Position numbers and translations under genes: made by a program. A stretch of DNA of 64,000 nt from a bacterium. GTDB taxonomy: Bacteria; UBA8248. Each line of letters opens with the position of its first letter. Within the stretch, counting starts at the first letter, position 1. Shown piece by piece: positions 10,372 through 20,040 of the stretch. A model generated the notes under the pieces. It was not told where the DNA came from, did not search any database, and saw only the letters and a program-made list of their open reading frames with translations. The DNA lies in NCBI GenBank assembly GCA_965261085.1, contig OZ253442.1, forward strand, positions 1,888,001 to 1,952,000, read 5' to 3'.

Positions 10372-11478
10372 ATGTCCACCGAATACATATGGGCGCTTTG
10401 CTCCCACCGGGCGGGAGACGGGACGCAGGTGAACCAGAAAACGCCCGATCGTCCCGCCACCCTGGATTATCTCGCCGAGGTGACGACGGCGGCCGAAGAG
10501 GCGGGTTTCGCCAACATCCTCGTGCCGTGCGGCACGCACTGCATCGACGCCTGGACGGCCGCGGGCGCGATTTCGAGCCGGACCAAAAAAATCAGGTTCC
10601 TGGTGGCTTTGCGGCCCGGAATCACCGGCCCGGTCTACGCGGCGCAGCAGGCGAACAGCCTCGATTACCTGACCGGTGGGCGCTGCACGCTGAACGTGGT
10701 GACGGGCAGCACGCCCGTGGATCAGAAAAGATACGGAGATTTCATGCCGCATGACGATCGTTATGCGCGCACGGGGGAGTTTCTCGACGTGGTGCGCAAG
10801 CTCTGGAATGCGGACGGGCCGCTGGACTACAAGGGAAAATTCTTTGAAATCGAGAATGCGGGCATCTTTCCCGATCGGGTGACGAAGCCCAACCCCCCGA
10901 TTTTCCTGGCGGGAAGCTCCGAGCCGGGCAAGCGGGTGGCATGGGAGCACGGCGACGTGCACGTCATGTACGCCGCAGAACCCGAAGTCGTTGCGAAGGA
11001 CATCGAGGAGGGCAGGCGCGAGTCTCAGGCCTATGAGCGCGAGCGCCCTCTCAGTTACGGCATCCGTCATCTGGTCTGCGTGCGCGAGACGAGGGAGGAG
11101 GCGGTGCGCGCCGCCGAGGCGCTGATTGACAAGAGCGACATCTCGAACACGGGCGCGTGGGCCGACATGAAGAACAACACCGAATCCACCGGCCAGATGC
11201 GCATCAACGAGATGGGCTCCCGGGGAAATCTCTGGCTCACCGATACCATCTGGATGGGCGTGAACAAGGTGCGCGGCGGTGCGGGGACGATGTTCGTCGG
11301 CACGCCGGAGATGGTCGCGGGCGTGATTCGTGAGTATTACGACGCGGGCGTGCGGCATTTCATCATGAACGGATGGCCCCACAAGGAAGAAGCCGAAATT
11401 TTCGGCAGGGAGGTTCTGCCGCTTCTCAAGGATACCAACCCCATCGTACTGCCCGAGCCCGCCGGCGTCGCCGCGTAA
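10372..11478 (+). CDS. LLM-class flavin-dependent monooxygenase (SsuD-like)
   Basis: AEEAGF, FLVALRPG, LNVVTG, RYARTGEFL, GTPEMVA. Confidence 0.88.
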   Translation: MSTEYIWALCSHRAGDGTQVNQKTPDRPATLDYLAEVTTAAEEAGFANILVPCGTHCIDAWTAAGAISSRTKKIRFLVALRPGITGPVYAAQQANSLDYLTGGRCTLNVVTGSTPVDQKRYGDFMPHDDRYARTGEFLDVVRKLWNADGPLDYKGKFFEIENAGIFPDRVTKPNPPIFLAGSSEPGKRVAWEHGDVHVMYAAEPEVVAKDIEEGRRESQAYERERPLSYGIRHLVCVRETREEAVRAAEALIDKSDISNTGAWADMKNNTESTGQMRINEMGSRGNLWLTDTIWMGVNKVRGGAGTMFVGTPEMVAGVIREYYDAGVRHFIMNGWPHKEEAEIFGREVLPLLKDTNPIVLPEPAGVAA

Positions 11479-11493
11479 TCGAAAAAGCACGGA

Positions 11494-12027
11494 ATGACCC
11501 CCTTTATTCTCGTCTTCGGCGGCAGCCGCAGGCCGCAAAACAATACCGATAAAGCCCTTGCGCTCGCACTCGATGAGTTAGGGAAGGGCGATTTCGAGAT
11601 AAACCGCATCCATCTGGGCGATCTGGACCTGCCCCTGCCCGGGCAGCCGAGCGACTCGAAAGACCCCGATATGCTCAAAGAACTCGTGACGGAGGCGGCG
11701 GGAATCCTCATCGCGACGCCAGAGTATCACGGCAGCATCAGCAGCACCCTCAAGCTGGCGATAGACAACCTGGGCTATCCCTCCACGTTCGAGGGGAAGA
11801 CCATCACCATCCTGGGCGTGGCGATGGGGCCGAGCGCCGACAACGCGCTCGCGCACTTAAGGCACATTCTCACCCACATCGGTGGAGAAGTTCTCCCCGG
11901 CCAGGCCTCCATCGGAAGCGTCCATCATGTATTCGACGAGGATGGGCGCTGCGTGGACGAGGCGGCGGAAGCCGCCGTCCGGGGCGTCGCCGCGCGGTTG
12001 CTCGAATATCTCAAAAATTCATCCTGA
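11494..12027 (+). CDS. NADPH-dependent FMN reductase
   Basis: GGSRR, ATPEYHGSISSTLKLAID; adjacent to the LLM monooxygenase. Confidence 0.88.
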   Translation: MTPFILVFGGSRRPQNNTDKALALALDELGKGDFEINRIHLGDLDLPLPGQPSDSKDPDMLKELVTEAAGILIATPEYHGSISSTLKLAIDNLGYPSTFEGKTITILGVAMGPSADNALAHLRHILTHIGGEVLPGQASIGSVHHVFDEDGRCVDEAAEAAVRGVAARLLEYLKNSS

Positions 12028-12035
12028 AACGAAAA

Positions 12036-12800
12036 ATGTCCGACTCCGGCACGAGTTTTCTGCACAGAGAAAACGGGGCTTCGCTCGCCTATTTTCGTTT
12101 GGAGGGGAAATCACCCGGCCTGATGTTCCTGGGCGGTTTTCGCTCGGACATGAGCGGGACGAAGGCGAGCGCGCTGGAAGCCCATTGCAGAAAGGTGGGG
12201 CGCGCCTACGTTCGCTTCGATTACGGCGGACATGGGGAATCTTCGGGAAAATTCGAGGAAGGAACCATCGGAGAGTGGGCGGGGGACGCCCTCGCCATAC
12301 TGGATGAAGTCGCGCAGGGCCCCCAGGTGCTCATCGGCTCGAGCATGGGCGGGTGGATGATGCTGCTCACCGCGCTGGCCCGGCCCGGTCGCGTGAAGGG
12401 CCTGGTGGGCGTGGCGTCGGCGCCTGATTTCACCGAGGATTTAATACAGGAGGCTCTCGGCGAAGCTACAAGGGAAGAACTCGATGCGCGCGGGTATTTC
12501 ATGCGCGAGTCCGAATACGAGGCGCCATACCCCATCACAAAGAAGCTGCTCGATGAGGGAGCGAACCATCTGCTCCTGCGCAATGATATCCCGCTCACAT
12601 GCCCCGTTCGCCTTATGCACGGGATGTGCGATGAGAGCGTGCCGTGGGAGACTTCCTTACGCCTGGCGCGCGCCCTCAAAAGCGACGACGTGCGCCTGAC
12701 GCTCGTCAAGGACGGCGGCCACCGGCTCTCGCGGGATGAGGACATCGAACTCATCATCCAGACCGCCGAGGAACTGGCGGGGGGGATAGGCGAGGAATAG
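12036..12800 (+). CDS. Alpha/beta hydrolase
   Basis: GGFRSDMSGTKA, FDYGGHGES, GSSMGG, GGHRLS. Confidence 0.9.
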   Translation: MSDSGTSFLHRENGASLAYFRLEGKSPGLMFLGGFRSDMSGTKASALEAHCRKVGRAYVRFDYGGHGESSGKFEEGTIGEWAGDALAILDEVAQGPQVLIGSSMGGWMMLLTALARPGRVKGLVGVASAPDFTEDLIQEALGEATREELDARGYFMRESEYEAPYPITKKLLDEGANHLLLRNDIPLTCPVRLMHGMCDESVPWETSLRLARALKSDDVRLTLVKDGGHRLSRDEDIELIIQTAEELAGGIGEE

Positions 12801-12871
12801 AAGATATCCACTCGGCCATCCTGGGTTTCCCGCATTTTCGGTCATTGAACATACCCATCTGTGCGCGCGAC

Positions 12872-12901
12872 TTGACAGTAAGTCTTTGGAATCGTTAGTC
12901 T
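12872..12901 (+). promoter_or_regulatory. Putative sigma70 promoter
   Basis: TTGACA-18 nt-TAGTCT upstream of the ORF at 12997. Confidence 0.4.
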
Positions 12902-12996
12902 TAATCCGTAACTTTTCTCACCTTCTTAACCGCCCCCTGTAATTTCTCGACGTTCGTTTATTCACGTAATGAGGTTCTGATCTCAAAGAGGGCGGC

Positions 12997-13860
12997 ATGA
13001 ACAACAAGAAAAGTTTTTTGAGTCGTATGACGCGTCGCAAGAATTCCACACCAGCCGAGCCGGAAGAGGGAGCGTATGAGATTCCACCTCCCTCCGCCAT
13101 CGGTCGAATGCCCTCGGATTCATCGCGAAGGGCGGAGTCGATGGAAAGCGGCTACGGCCTCGATCTGGAGCTGCTGGCTTCCGATGAGCCTACGCGCAAG
13201 GATTCGGCGAACGGGGCGGACGCGCAAGAAAGCGGCCCTACCCCCGCCCTGGAATCATCGCTTACACCGATCTCGGATGAGTCGCCGGATGCGCCTGAAC
13301 CGCCTCGTGCGCTCGAAATGCATCAAGAATATGGCTTGGAACTGGAAGTATTGGCGGCGTCGGAATCAGACGAGTCGCCGGATGCGCCTGAACCGCTCGA
13401 TGAACATGAAGAAGCTGGCTCGGGTGTAGCGGAAATCGTCGTGGATGCGGCTGCATCCGAGGCGGAAATCGCTGAGGAGAGCGAACCGGAAACAACGGAC
13501 GAAATCGTTCTGGAGGATGAAGAACCTCTAGCTGTGCCGGAGTCGGACGAGTCACCCGATGAGGCCGAGTCGTTTCAAGAAGATGAGGTCTCCTCGTCCA
13601 TCCCGGTTGCCCCGGGCCTGCCTCTGGAGCAACCGGATGAACCCTCGAAAAGCCCTATCGCGAATATCGGGTATTTCCCTCTCGTAAGAGATGCGCGTGG
13701 AAACTGGCGGCCCGGCAAGGGATTCAGCCGAAGCGAGTTGGAAGCGGCCGGCTTGAGTCTCGCCGAGGCGGCGCGTTTGCGCATCCGAATCGACAAACGC
13801 CGCCGCAATGCGCACCGGATGAACGTCACCACCCTCGAAAAAGCGAAAAACGGCGGCTGA
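12997..13860 (+). CDS. Acidic low-complexity protein with a C-terminal ribosomal protein eL13 (L13e)-like domain
   Basis: C-terminus RPGKGFSRSELEAAGLSLAEAARLRIRIDKRRRNAHRMNVTTL fits the L13e pattern RxGxGFSxxELxxAGL...AxxLxIxxDxRR...HxxNVxxL. Confidence 0.75.
   Translation: MNNKKSFLSRMTRRKNSTPAEPEEGAYEIPPPSAIGRMPSDSSRRAESMESGYGLDLELLASDEPTRKDSANGADAQESGPTPALESSLTPISDESPDAPEPPRALEMHQEYGLELEVLAASESDESPDAPEPLDEHEEAGSGVAEIVVDAAASEAEIAEESEPETTDEIVLEDEEPLAVPESDESPDEAESFQEDEVSSSIPVAPGLPLEQPDEPSKSPIANIGYFPLVRDARGNWRPGKGFSRSELEAAGLSLAEAARLRIRIDKRRRNAHRMNVTTLEKAKNGG
13273..13572 (+). repeat. Intragenic repeats encoding SDESPD(APEP)
   Basis: Copies at about 13273, 13366 and 13543; also YGLDLELLA / YGLELEVLA. 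Confidence 0.7.
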
Positions 13861-14003
13861 AGGTAATCGACCGCTGTATAGGAAATATCCGCTCCTGATG
13901 GGCAGCGCCCTTCGCAGGCATGCGCTCCTCGGGTTCCATCAGGCCCCCGAGGTTTTCTCCGGCGGGGCCGTGGGGATGGGCGATGGATAGCACCGCGATG
14001 TGA

Positions 14004-14282
14004 CTATTTTTCTAGCGAGTCATAAAACTTATCCATGCCAGCGCAAAGTTGCTCTTTAGACGGACTTGCCGATTTCTTCAAGATGCGCTTGCACGCAGAA
14101 TCTAGTGCCGCGTCCAGCGTATTGTGATCCTGTCCCCAACCATCTAGAGACTCTCGATACATATTCGTCGCTTCATGTATCACCACCTTCGCCGTGAAGC
14201 CATTTGCAGAAACCTCCATCACACAATCGTCGGGTTTGCTCACGGTGAATTTCGTGCCTTCGTACAAGTATTCCTTGGTCAT
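14004..14282 (-). CDS. Hypothetical protein (92 aa)
   Basis: ORF MTKEYLYEG... with RBS AAAGGA and an AT-rich upstream region. Confidence 0.6.
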   Translation of the reverse strand: MTKEYLYEGTKFTVSKPDDCVMEVSANGFTAKVVIHEATNMYRESLDGWGQDHNTLDAALDSACKRILKKSASPSKEQLCAGMDKFYDSLEK

Positions 14283-14400
14283 GACAGTTACCTGTCCTTT
14301 TGTGGGCGTGGAGTGGCTTGAACATTCGTGGTACATAGTGTGGTACTTAATTAGATCAGATTTAATAAGTCGTTTATTATCAATATTTTATAATATCTCC

Positions 14401-14475
14401 TGGCTCCGGCGGTAGGATTCGAACCTACAACCCATCGGTTAACAGCCGATTGCTCTTCCGTTGAGCTACGCCGGA
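14401..14475 (-). tRNA. tRNA-Asn(GTT)
   Basis: Reverse complement TCCGGCGTAGCTCAACGG...CTGTTAA...GGTTCGAATCC...GGAGCCA folds as a cloverleaf with encoded CCA. Confidence 0.97.
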
Positions 14476-14585
14476 TCGAGAGGCGTTCTGCTTGAGTCGG
14501 CATTGTACCGGAATTCAGCGCCGGCTCCCAAGCGTAAGGGGTTTATATGGAAGCGGGCGCGGGCTTGTCAAGGCTGCCGCGCGCG

Positions 14586-15950
14586 CTAGTCGAGCAGCAC
14601 CCTCGGCAGCCACATGGCGATGCCGGGAAAGGCCATGACCAGCCCCAGCCCGATGAGCTGCAGAATCACGAAGGGGACGATCCCGCGATATATCTGCGAG
14701 AGGCGCACCTGGGGCGGCGCCACTCCCTTCATATAGAACAGCGCGAACCCGAAAGGCGGGGTCAGGAACGATGTCTGCAGGTTGACCGCCATCAGAATCG
14801 AAAACCAGTAGATGACCTCGCTCTTGGGCAGGTGGTCGCCGAAATCCAGGCTGGCGAGGATCGGCGCGAACACCGGGAGCACGATGAGCGTGATCTCGAT
14901 CCAGTCGAAGAAGAACCCGAGGAAGAACGTCACCGCCATCAGGATCCCCAGGATTCCCCAGGGGTTGACCCCCACGGAGTAGATCACGTCCTTGATGAAG
15001 TCGTCGCCGCCGAGCGAGCGGAAGACGTAGGAGAAGGCGGTCGCCCCGACGAAAATGAAGAACAGCATCGCGTTGGTGAGCGCGGTGCGCTCGACCACGT
15101 CCTTCAGTACCGAGAAGTTCAGCTTGCGGTTGAAGATGGCGAGCAGAGTCGCTCCGGCCGCGCCGACCCCGGCCGCTTCGGTGGGCGTCGCCCAGCCTAG
15201 GATGATCGACCCCAGGACCAGGGCGATCAGGAACACCGCCGGCACTAAGCCCTTGAGCAACATCAGGATCAGTTCGTTTGGCGTCTGTGGACCCATCTCC
15301 TTGGGCAGACGCGGCGCCAGGGAGGGATTAATCGAGCACCGCGTGAAGATGTAGACGAAGTAGAGCCCGGAGAGGATCAGGCCGGGGAAGATGGCCGCGA
15401 CGAACAGGGTTCCCACCGAACGCCCGAGAAGGTCGGCCATGATGACCAGCATGATGCTGGGCGGTATCAGTATCCCGAGCGTTCCCGAGGCGGCGATGGT
15501 GCCGGTCGCGAGTTCCATGTTGTATTTGCGCTCGACCATGACCGGAAGCGCCATCAGGCTGATCATCACGACCGAAGCGCCGATGATGCCGGTCGTCGCC
15601 GCGAGGATCGTCCCCATGACCGTGACCGCGAGCGCCAGCCCGCCCGGCGTGCGGCGCAGCATCACCTGGAGGCAGTTCAGGAGATTGGCGGCGACGCCGG
15701 AGCGTTCCAGCATCGTCCCCATGAAGATGAACATCGGGATCGCCACCAGAACCAGGTTATCGGCGAAACCCCAGATTCGGAGCACGAGGTTGAAGAACTC
15801 GATTTGGGAGAAGACATCGAAATACATGCCGATAAAGCCGAAGGCGAGCCCCACGCCGCCCAGTACGAATCCGACCGGAAAGCCCGAGAACAGGAGAGTC
15901 GCCAAGGTGAGAAACATGAAGGCCGGCAGGTAGTCCTCGATGTAGAACAT
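14586..15950 (-). CDS. dctM: TRAP transporter large permease
   Basis: AIPMFIFMG, SGTLGILIPPS, ATPTEAA, SFLTPPFGFALFY. Confidence 0.95.
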   Translation of the reverse strand: MFYIEDYLPAFMFLTLATLLFSGFPVGFVLGGVGLAFGFIGMYFDVFSQIEFFNLVLRIWGFADNLVLVAIPMFIFMGTMLERSGVAANLLNCLQVMLRRTPGGLALAVTVMGTILAATTGIIGASVVMISLMALPVMVERKYNMELATGTIAASGTLGILIPPSIMLVIMADLLGRSVGTLFVAAIFPGLILSGLYFVYIFTRCSINPSLAPRLPKEMGPQTPNELILMLLKGLVPAVFLIALVLGSIILGWATPTEAAGVGAAGATLLAIFNRKLNFSVLKDVVERTALTNAMLFFIFVGATAFSYVFRSLGGDDFIKDVIYSVGVNPWGILGILMAVTFFLGFFFDWIEITLIVLPVFAPILASLDFGDHLPKSEVIYWFSILMAVNLQTSFLTPPFGFALFYMKGVAPPQVRLSQIYRGIVPFVILQLIGLGLVMAFPGIAMWLPRVLLD

Positions 15951-15962
15951 GCGCAGGGACTC

Positions 15963-16544
15963 CTAGCTCGGACCGATCTGGTCGAGGTGTTCAGCCTTGC
16001 GCTCTTCCTTCTGGGGGATGAGGCGGCGGAGGTCCGGTGGACCGAACAACTCGATGATCTTGCGCAGCAGGACGGTGATCCCCGACAGGAGCAGGACGAA
16101 CAGCCCGATCGGCAGGAACGCCTTAATCGCCCAGCGATAAGGAAGGCCGGTGGCCGAATCGGAGGCCTCGCTGACGGCCCAGGATCTCTCGAGGAAGTCT
16201 TCGGCGAAATAGACGACGATCAGGCAGTAGGGGATCACGAACACGATGCAGCCCACGAGCTCGACCCAATTCTTGGCGCGCGGACTCAGCCGCTCACGGA
16301 TCAGGTCGATCCGCACATGACCGTCGTTGAGATAAGTGAAGCCGATGCACATCAGAAACAGGATCGCATGCAGGTGCCACTCGCCTTCCTGCAGCTTGGT
16401 CGATCCCAGCACCAGGAAACGCCGGGTCACGACGTCGAAGATGATGACGACCATCAGCGGAATCGAGAACCAGGCGCTGACTTTACCGACGCCGATCACG
16501 ATCCGGGCCAGAAACTCTTGCAATCTAAACAGATGCTGCATCAA
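15963..16544 (-). CDS. dctQ: TRAP transporter small permease
   Basis: Four TM segments, GHVRIDL motif, located between dctP and dctM. Confidence 0.93.
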   Translation of the reverse strand: MMQHLFRLQEFLARIVIGVGKVSAWFSIPLMVVIIFDVVTRRFLVLGSTKLQEGEWHLHAILFLMCIGFTYLNDGHVRIDLIRERLSPRAKNWVELVGCIVFVIPYCLIVVYFAEDFLERSWAVSEASDSATGLPYRWAIKAFLPIGLFVLLLSGITVLLRKIIELFGPPDLRRLIPQKEERKAEHLDQIGPS

Positions 16545-16570
16545 TAGGCTTCCCGGTAGCTCAATACACG

Positions 16571-16611
16571 AAAAAGGCGCCGGAACCGTGACCGTTACGG
16601 TTCCGGCGCCT
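16571..16611 (-). terminator. Strong hairpin with U-tract between dctP and dctQ
   Basis: 15-bp stem AGGCGCCGGAACCGT/ACGGTTCCGGCGCCT with a T5 tail on the minus strand. Confidence 0.75.
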
Positions 16612-16654
16612 GTACTGTGGTCAAGCGGGACGGCGGAGCGCCGTCACATCGGTC

Positions 16655-17716
16655 TTACTTGAGGTAGCCGAGGTCCTTCCAGACCGCGTATTCCTTACGG
16701 AAGGCGCTGTAGGATTCCCAGACCTTCTTGAAGGTCGCGTCGCGCGCGACGTCCGCGGCCGCAACTTCGGCCCATTTCTCCTCGAGCGTGTCCAGGATTG
16801 ACTGCGACCAGCGATGGATTTTCACGCCCTTCTTGCGGAGTTCGACCAAAGCCTTACCCTGAATGGCCTCGCCCTCGGCCAGCCCCTCGCGGAACGCGTC
16901 GCCGCACGACACCTCAATCTGCGCCTGCTGGGTATCGTTGAGCGCATCCCAGGCCTTCCTGTTCAGCAACAACTCGAAGACCGTCGACTGCTGGTGCCAG
17001 CCGGGGAAGTAGTAGTGCTTCGCCACCTGATAGAAGCCGAGATTCAGGTCGATTGCCGGCATCGAGTATTCAGTCGCGTCGATCGAACCGCGCTCGAGCG
17101 CCGGGAAGATGTCGCCGCCGGCGATGAGCTGGGTCGAGACGCCCACCTTCTCCATAACCTTGGCGCCCAGACCGAAGAAGCGCATCTTCAGGCCCTTGAG
17201 GTCTTCGATGGACTTTATCTCCTTGCGGAACCAGCCAGACGCTTCGGGCGCGATAACGCCGCAGGGTATCGATTTCAGACCGTGCTTCTTGTATATCGCA
17301 TCCCAGAGTTTGTAGCCGCCGCCGAAGAAGATCCAGCCCATATACTCTCCGGCGCTGGGGCCGAAGGGGACGGCCGCGAACATCGCGAGAGCCGGCTCCT
17401 TACCGTACCAGTAACCGGGCGTCGACCAGCACGCATCGACCGAACCCGCCGCAACGGCGTCGAAGCACTCCTTGGCCGGGATCAGCGCGTTGGGTTCGAA
17501 GAACTTGATTTTGATGTTGCCGCCGGAAACCCGCTCCAGACGGTCGACCATGTTTTTGCCCATCGAGCCGAGCTGGGTCATATTGCTCGGGAACCAACTC
17601 GCCATTTTCCAGCGTATGCGCTTCGCGGCGTCCGCATCGCCGACACCCGACGCCATCAGCGTGACGCTCAACGCACAGATCATAAATCCGATCGTCGTAA
17701 GTTTCCTGATCGCCAT
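16655..17716 (-). CDS. dctP: TRAP transporter substrate-binding protein (TakP-like subgroup)
   Basis: Signal peptide, GWFRKEI, GLKMRFFGLG, YYFPGWHQ. Confidence 0.93.
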   Translation of the reverse strand: MAIRKLTTIGFMICALSVTLMASGVGDADAAKRIRWKMASWFPSNMTQLGSMGKNMVDRLERVSGGNIKIKFFEPNALIPAKECFDAVAAGSVDACWSTPGYWYGKEPALAMFAAVPFGPSAGEYMGWIFFGGGYKLWDAIYKKHGLKSIPCGVIAPEASGWFRKEIKSIEDLKGLKMRFFGLGAKVMEKVGVSTQLIAGGDIFPALERGSIDATEYSMPAIDLNLGFYQVAKHYYFPGWHQQSTVFELLLNRKAWDALNDTQQAQIEVSCGDAFREGLAEGEAIQGKALVELRKKGVKIHRWSQSILDTLEEKWAEVAAADVARDATFKKVWESYSAFRKEYAVWKDLGYLK

Positions 17717-17943
17717 CTACAGTTCCCTCCCTTCGAGTTAGACGCGTTTCAAAAAGGGGCGACTCGTCTCACCACTGAGACGAGGCCCCTACTACCTCCC
17801 ACGCCATATAATCCGCCAATGATGTATTTTATGTGTCAAAAAACATTCTATATATCAATCGGCCGCTGTCAAGCAGGCCGAAATCGAGTATCAGTCATTG
17901 CCGGAGACGCGGGCGCGAGGGCTTCTCAAGGCTCCCGGCGGCG

Positions 17944-18762
17944 TCAGAAGCCGTAATAGCGCGGATAGCCCTGCTTCTCCCAGAACCCGCCCATGTCTTC
18001 GTTCGTGAAAAAGACGTAGCGGATGAATTTGGCGCTTTTCCAGCCGACGTTCGTGGGTGAGGCGAGGCGGATGGGAGCGCCGTGATTCATGGGCAGCGTC
18101 TCGCCGTTGTATTCATAGGCCAGAACGTTTTGCGGGTGCATCGCCTGTTTCAGATCGAACGTCACGCTGTAGCGCTCCATCCCGTTCCGGGTGGCGAGCA
18201 GATCGTCGCACAGGAAGAACACGTAGCGGCTCTCGGGCCTGAGCTTGTGCATCTCGATGAAGCGCGCAAGATGCACCCCCCGCCAGTGGCATATCGCGCT
18301 CCACCCCTCGACGCAAACGTGCTCCACCGTCTGCTCCAGCACGGGCATCTCGCGAAGCTGCGCCAGCGTGTATTCCCGGGCCCAGTGCCTTTTCATCATC
18401 CGGCCCTTTTGTAGATGGGCTTCCCCCACGATGAGCCGCCATTCCTCGGGGGGCGTCTGGATGAGCTGGGAGTTCGGCGAGACGACCGACCCGTTGGGCC
18501 GCATTTGTTCGGGCTGAACGGCGCTCTTGGGGTAAGTGCGCGCAAGCCGGTGGTTGCTGTCCGTCAGGAGGCCCACCTTGTGGTTTAATCGATCGAACCA
18601 GCTCAGCACGGCCTGCACGCCGGGTTCTTCGTTCAGGCGGGAACACCCGGCCATGAAGACGGACGCGAGGCCAAGGAGCATTCTCATGAATCCGCGCCGG
18701 GACGACGTCGATTTATCCCCACCGAGACCCAAGCTTCTCTTTTCGCTTTTTTTCATCTTCAC
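17944..18762 (-). CDS. Molybdopterin-dependent oxidoreductase (sulfite oxidase/MsrP-like), predicted Tat lipoprotein
   Basis: HVCVEGWS Mo-ligand Cys, HGAPIRL, GWKSAKFI, GGFWEKQGY; SRRGF twin-arginine motif and MAGC lipobox. Confidence 0.88.
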   Translation of the reverse strand: MKMKKSEKRSLGLGGDKSTSSRRGFMRMLLGLASVFMAGCSRLNEEPGVQAVLSWFDRLNHKVGLLTDSNHRLARTYPKSAVQPEQMRPNGSVVSPNSQLIQTPPEEWRLIVGEAHLQKGRMMKRHWAREYTLAQLREMPVLEQTVEHVCVEGWSAICHWRGVHLARFIEMHKLRPESRYVFFLCDDLLATRNGMERYSVTFDLKQAMHPQNVLAYEYNGETLPMNHGAPIRLASPTNVGWKSAKFIRYVFFTNEDMGGFWEKQGYPRYYGF

Positions 18763-19043
18763 TCTCCAGAGGTCCCAGGCGGCGGTCTCAGCAGTTTGAT
18801 GACGACGGGAACGATTATCGGGACCGCCAGAACGAGAGAGGTTGGAAACAAAATGCAGGCCCAGGCCAGAAAGCCAAACTCAAACTGCGTTATCCAGTCC
18901 ATCGGCCCGCTCAGGAGATAAGCGGCGACCAGGGCCAGAATGGCGTTGATGCAGACGACGCTCAACACCAGCCTGCCCACGAAAAGCCTGCGCTTCGCCA
19001 GTTTGGTCGGCAATACGAACTCTGTTTTCTCTTCCGTGTTCAT
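18759..19043 (-). CDS. Small membrane protein (2 TM)
   Basis: Two hydrophobic segments; overlaps or abuts both operon neighbours. Confidence 0.7.
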   Translation of the reverse strand: MNTEEKTEFVLPTKLAKRRLFVGRLVLSVVCINAILALVAAYLLSGPMDWITQFEFGFLAWACILFPTSLVLAVPIIVPVVIKLLRPPPGTSGE

Positions 19044-19047
19044 CCGT

Positions 19048-20040
19048 TCAACTCCTGACGCTCCACTTCGGCAAAAAACCTTCGATGCGCCCTCCGCGCA
19101 TGAGGCCTACCCGAACGAAGAGGTAGCCAAAGACGCCGAACCAAGCCCCCGGCGCTTCGCCGCCTAAAGCTGCGTTCATGATATCCGCGATGAGGCTTCC
19201 GAGCCAGAAGGAAACCAGCAGAATCGCCCCCTCCGCGGCGACGCGTCCGAGCTTTCTGGCGAATTGCCTTTGTTTGGCCTGAAAGGCTTCCCGTTCCGCC
19301 TTGAGCCCGACGATCATGGGCGCGAGCCCTCGCCGCCATCCGTGGGATATCACCATGAGGAAATGGCCGATCATGAAAATGACGAGAAACAGCATGACCA
19401 GAAAATGGAGGAACCGGCTCGGCTGGTAGCCCCCGAAAAGCCAGGTCAGCCACTTGAACTGGACGGGTTTGAGGATGGCGAGACCTGTCAAGACGGACAT
19501 CACCCCGGCCAATATGACTGTGTTGTAGGCGAGTTTTTGAATCGGGTTGAATTTCCCCTCTCCGGGAGGATGGTGAAAGGTCTTGATGGGATGCAGCAGC
19601 ATCTCTTTGACGCCGGAGAAATCAGCCCTCCTGATTCGGTAGTGCCTTCCTTCTTCCGTCAAGAGGAGAAGGAGCAGGAAAATCAGGCCGTTGATGGTGT
19701 AAGGCCACATGAGGGCGAAGTGCCAGCGCAGCGCGCCCGCGAGCCATCCCCCGATGCCGAAAGTTTTCGTGAGGCTTTGGAGGAAAACTCTGTAGTCGGC
19801 GCCCAAGTTGATGGCGCGCGGGTCGGCCTGTGTCTCCGTTCCCCGCAACGATTCGTAGATGGCTTCGGGGTTGGGCCTGTCCGGCCCGAACGCGGGGTAT
19901 GCCCACCATATCTGAAACCCGCTCGCCATCATCAGGAGCAGGAGGGGGACGTTCAGCCAGTGGGTGATCCGCAGGAGAGACGAGTAGGGATAGGCGGGGA
20001 CGACCGGGGCGCTTTGCGTCGTATCCTCGGTTTCCATCAT
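19048..20040 (-). CDS. Cytochrome b/b6 domain protein (NiFe-hydrogenase/FdnI-type cytochrome b) with extra C-terminal TMs
   Basis: RITHWLN, LRWHF, KFNPIQKLAY and RFLHF...GH heme-ligand His pattern. Confidence 0.85.
   Translation of the reverse strand: MMETEDTTQSAPVVPAYPYSSLLRITHWLNVPLLLLMMASGFQIWWAYPAFGPDRPNPEAIYESLRGTETQADPRAINLGADYRVFLQSLTKTFGIGGWLAGALRWHFALMWPYTINGLIFLLLLLLTEEGRHYRIRRADFSGVKEMLLHPIKTFHHPPGEGKFNPIQKLAYNTVILAGVMSVLTGLAILKPVQFKWLTWLFGGYQPSRFLHFLVMLFLVIFMIGHFLMVISHGWRRGLAPMIVGLKAEREAFQAKQRQFARKLGRVAAEGAILLVSFWLGSLIADIMNAALGGEAPGAWFGVFGYLFVRVGLMRGGRIEGFLPKWSVRS

Noticed and set aside
2705-12027. Rut-like pyrimidine degradation pathway (cysteine hydrolase, alpha/beta hydrolase, LLM monooxygenase, flavin reductase)
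   Set aside because: The genes are not contiguous and belong to large generic families; I cannot verify Rut-specific motifs
13941-13970. Possible att duplicate of the tRNA-Asn 3' end (CTCCGGCGG)
   Set aside because: Only a 9-bp match, inside a GC hairpin between convergent genes; no integrase nearby
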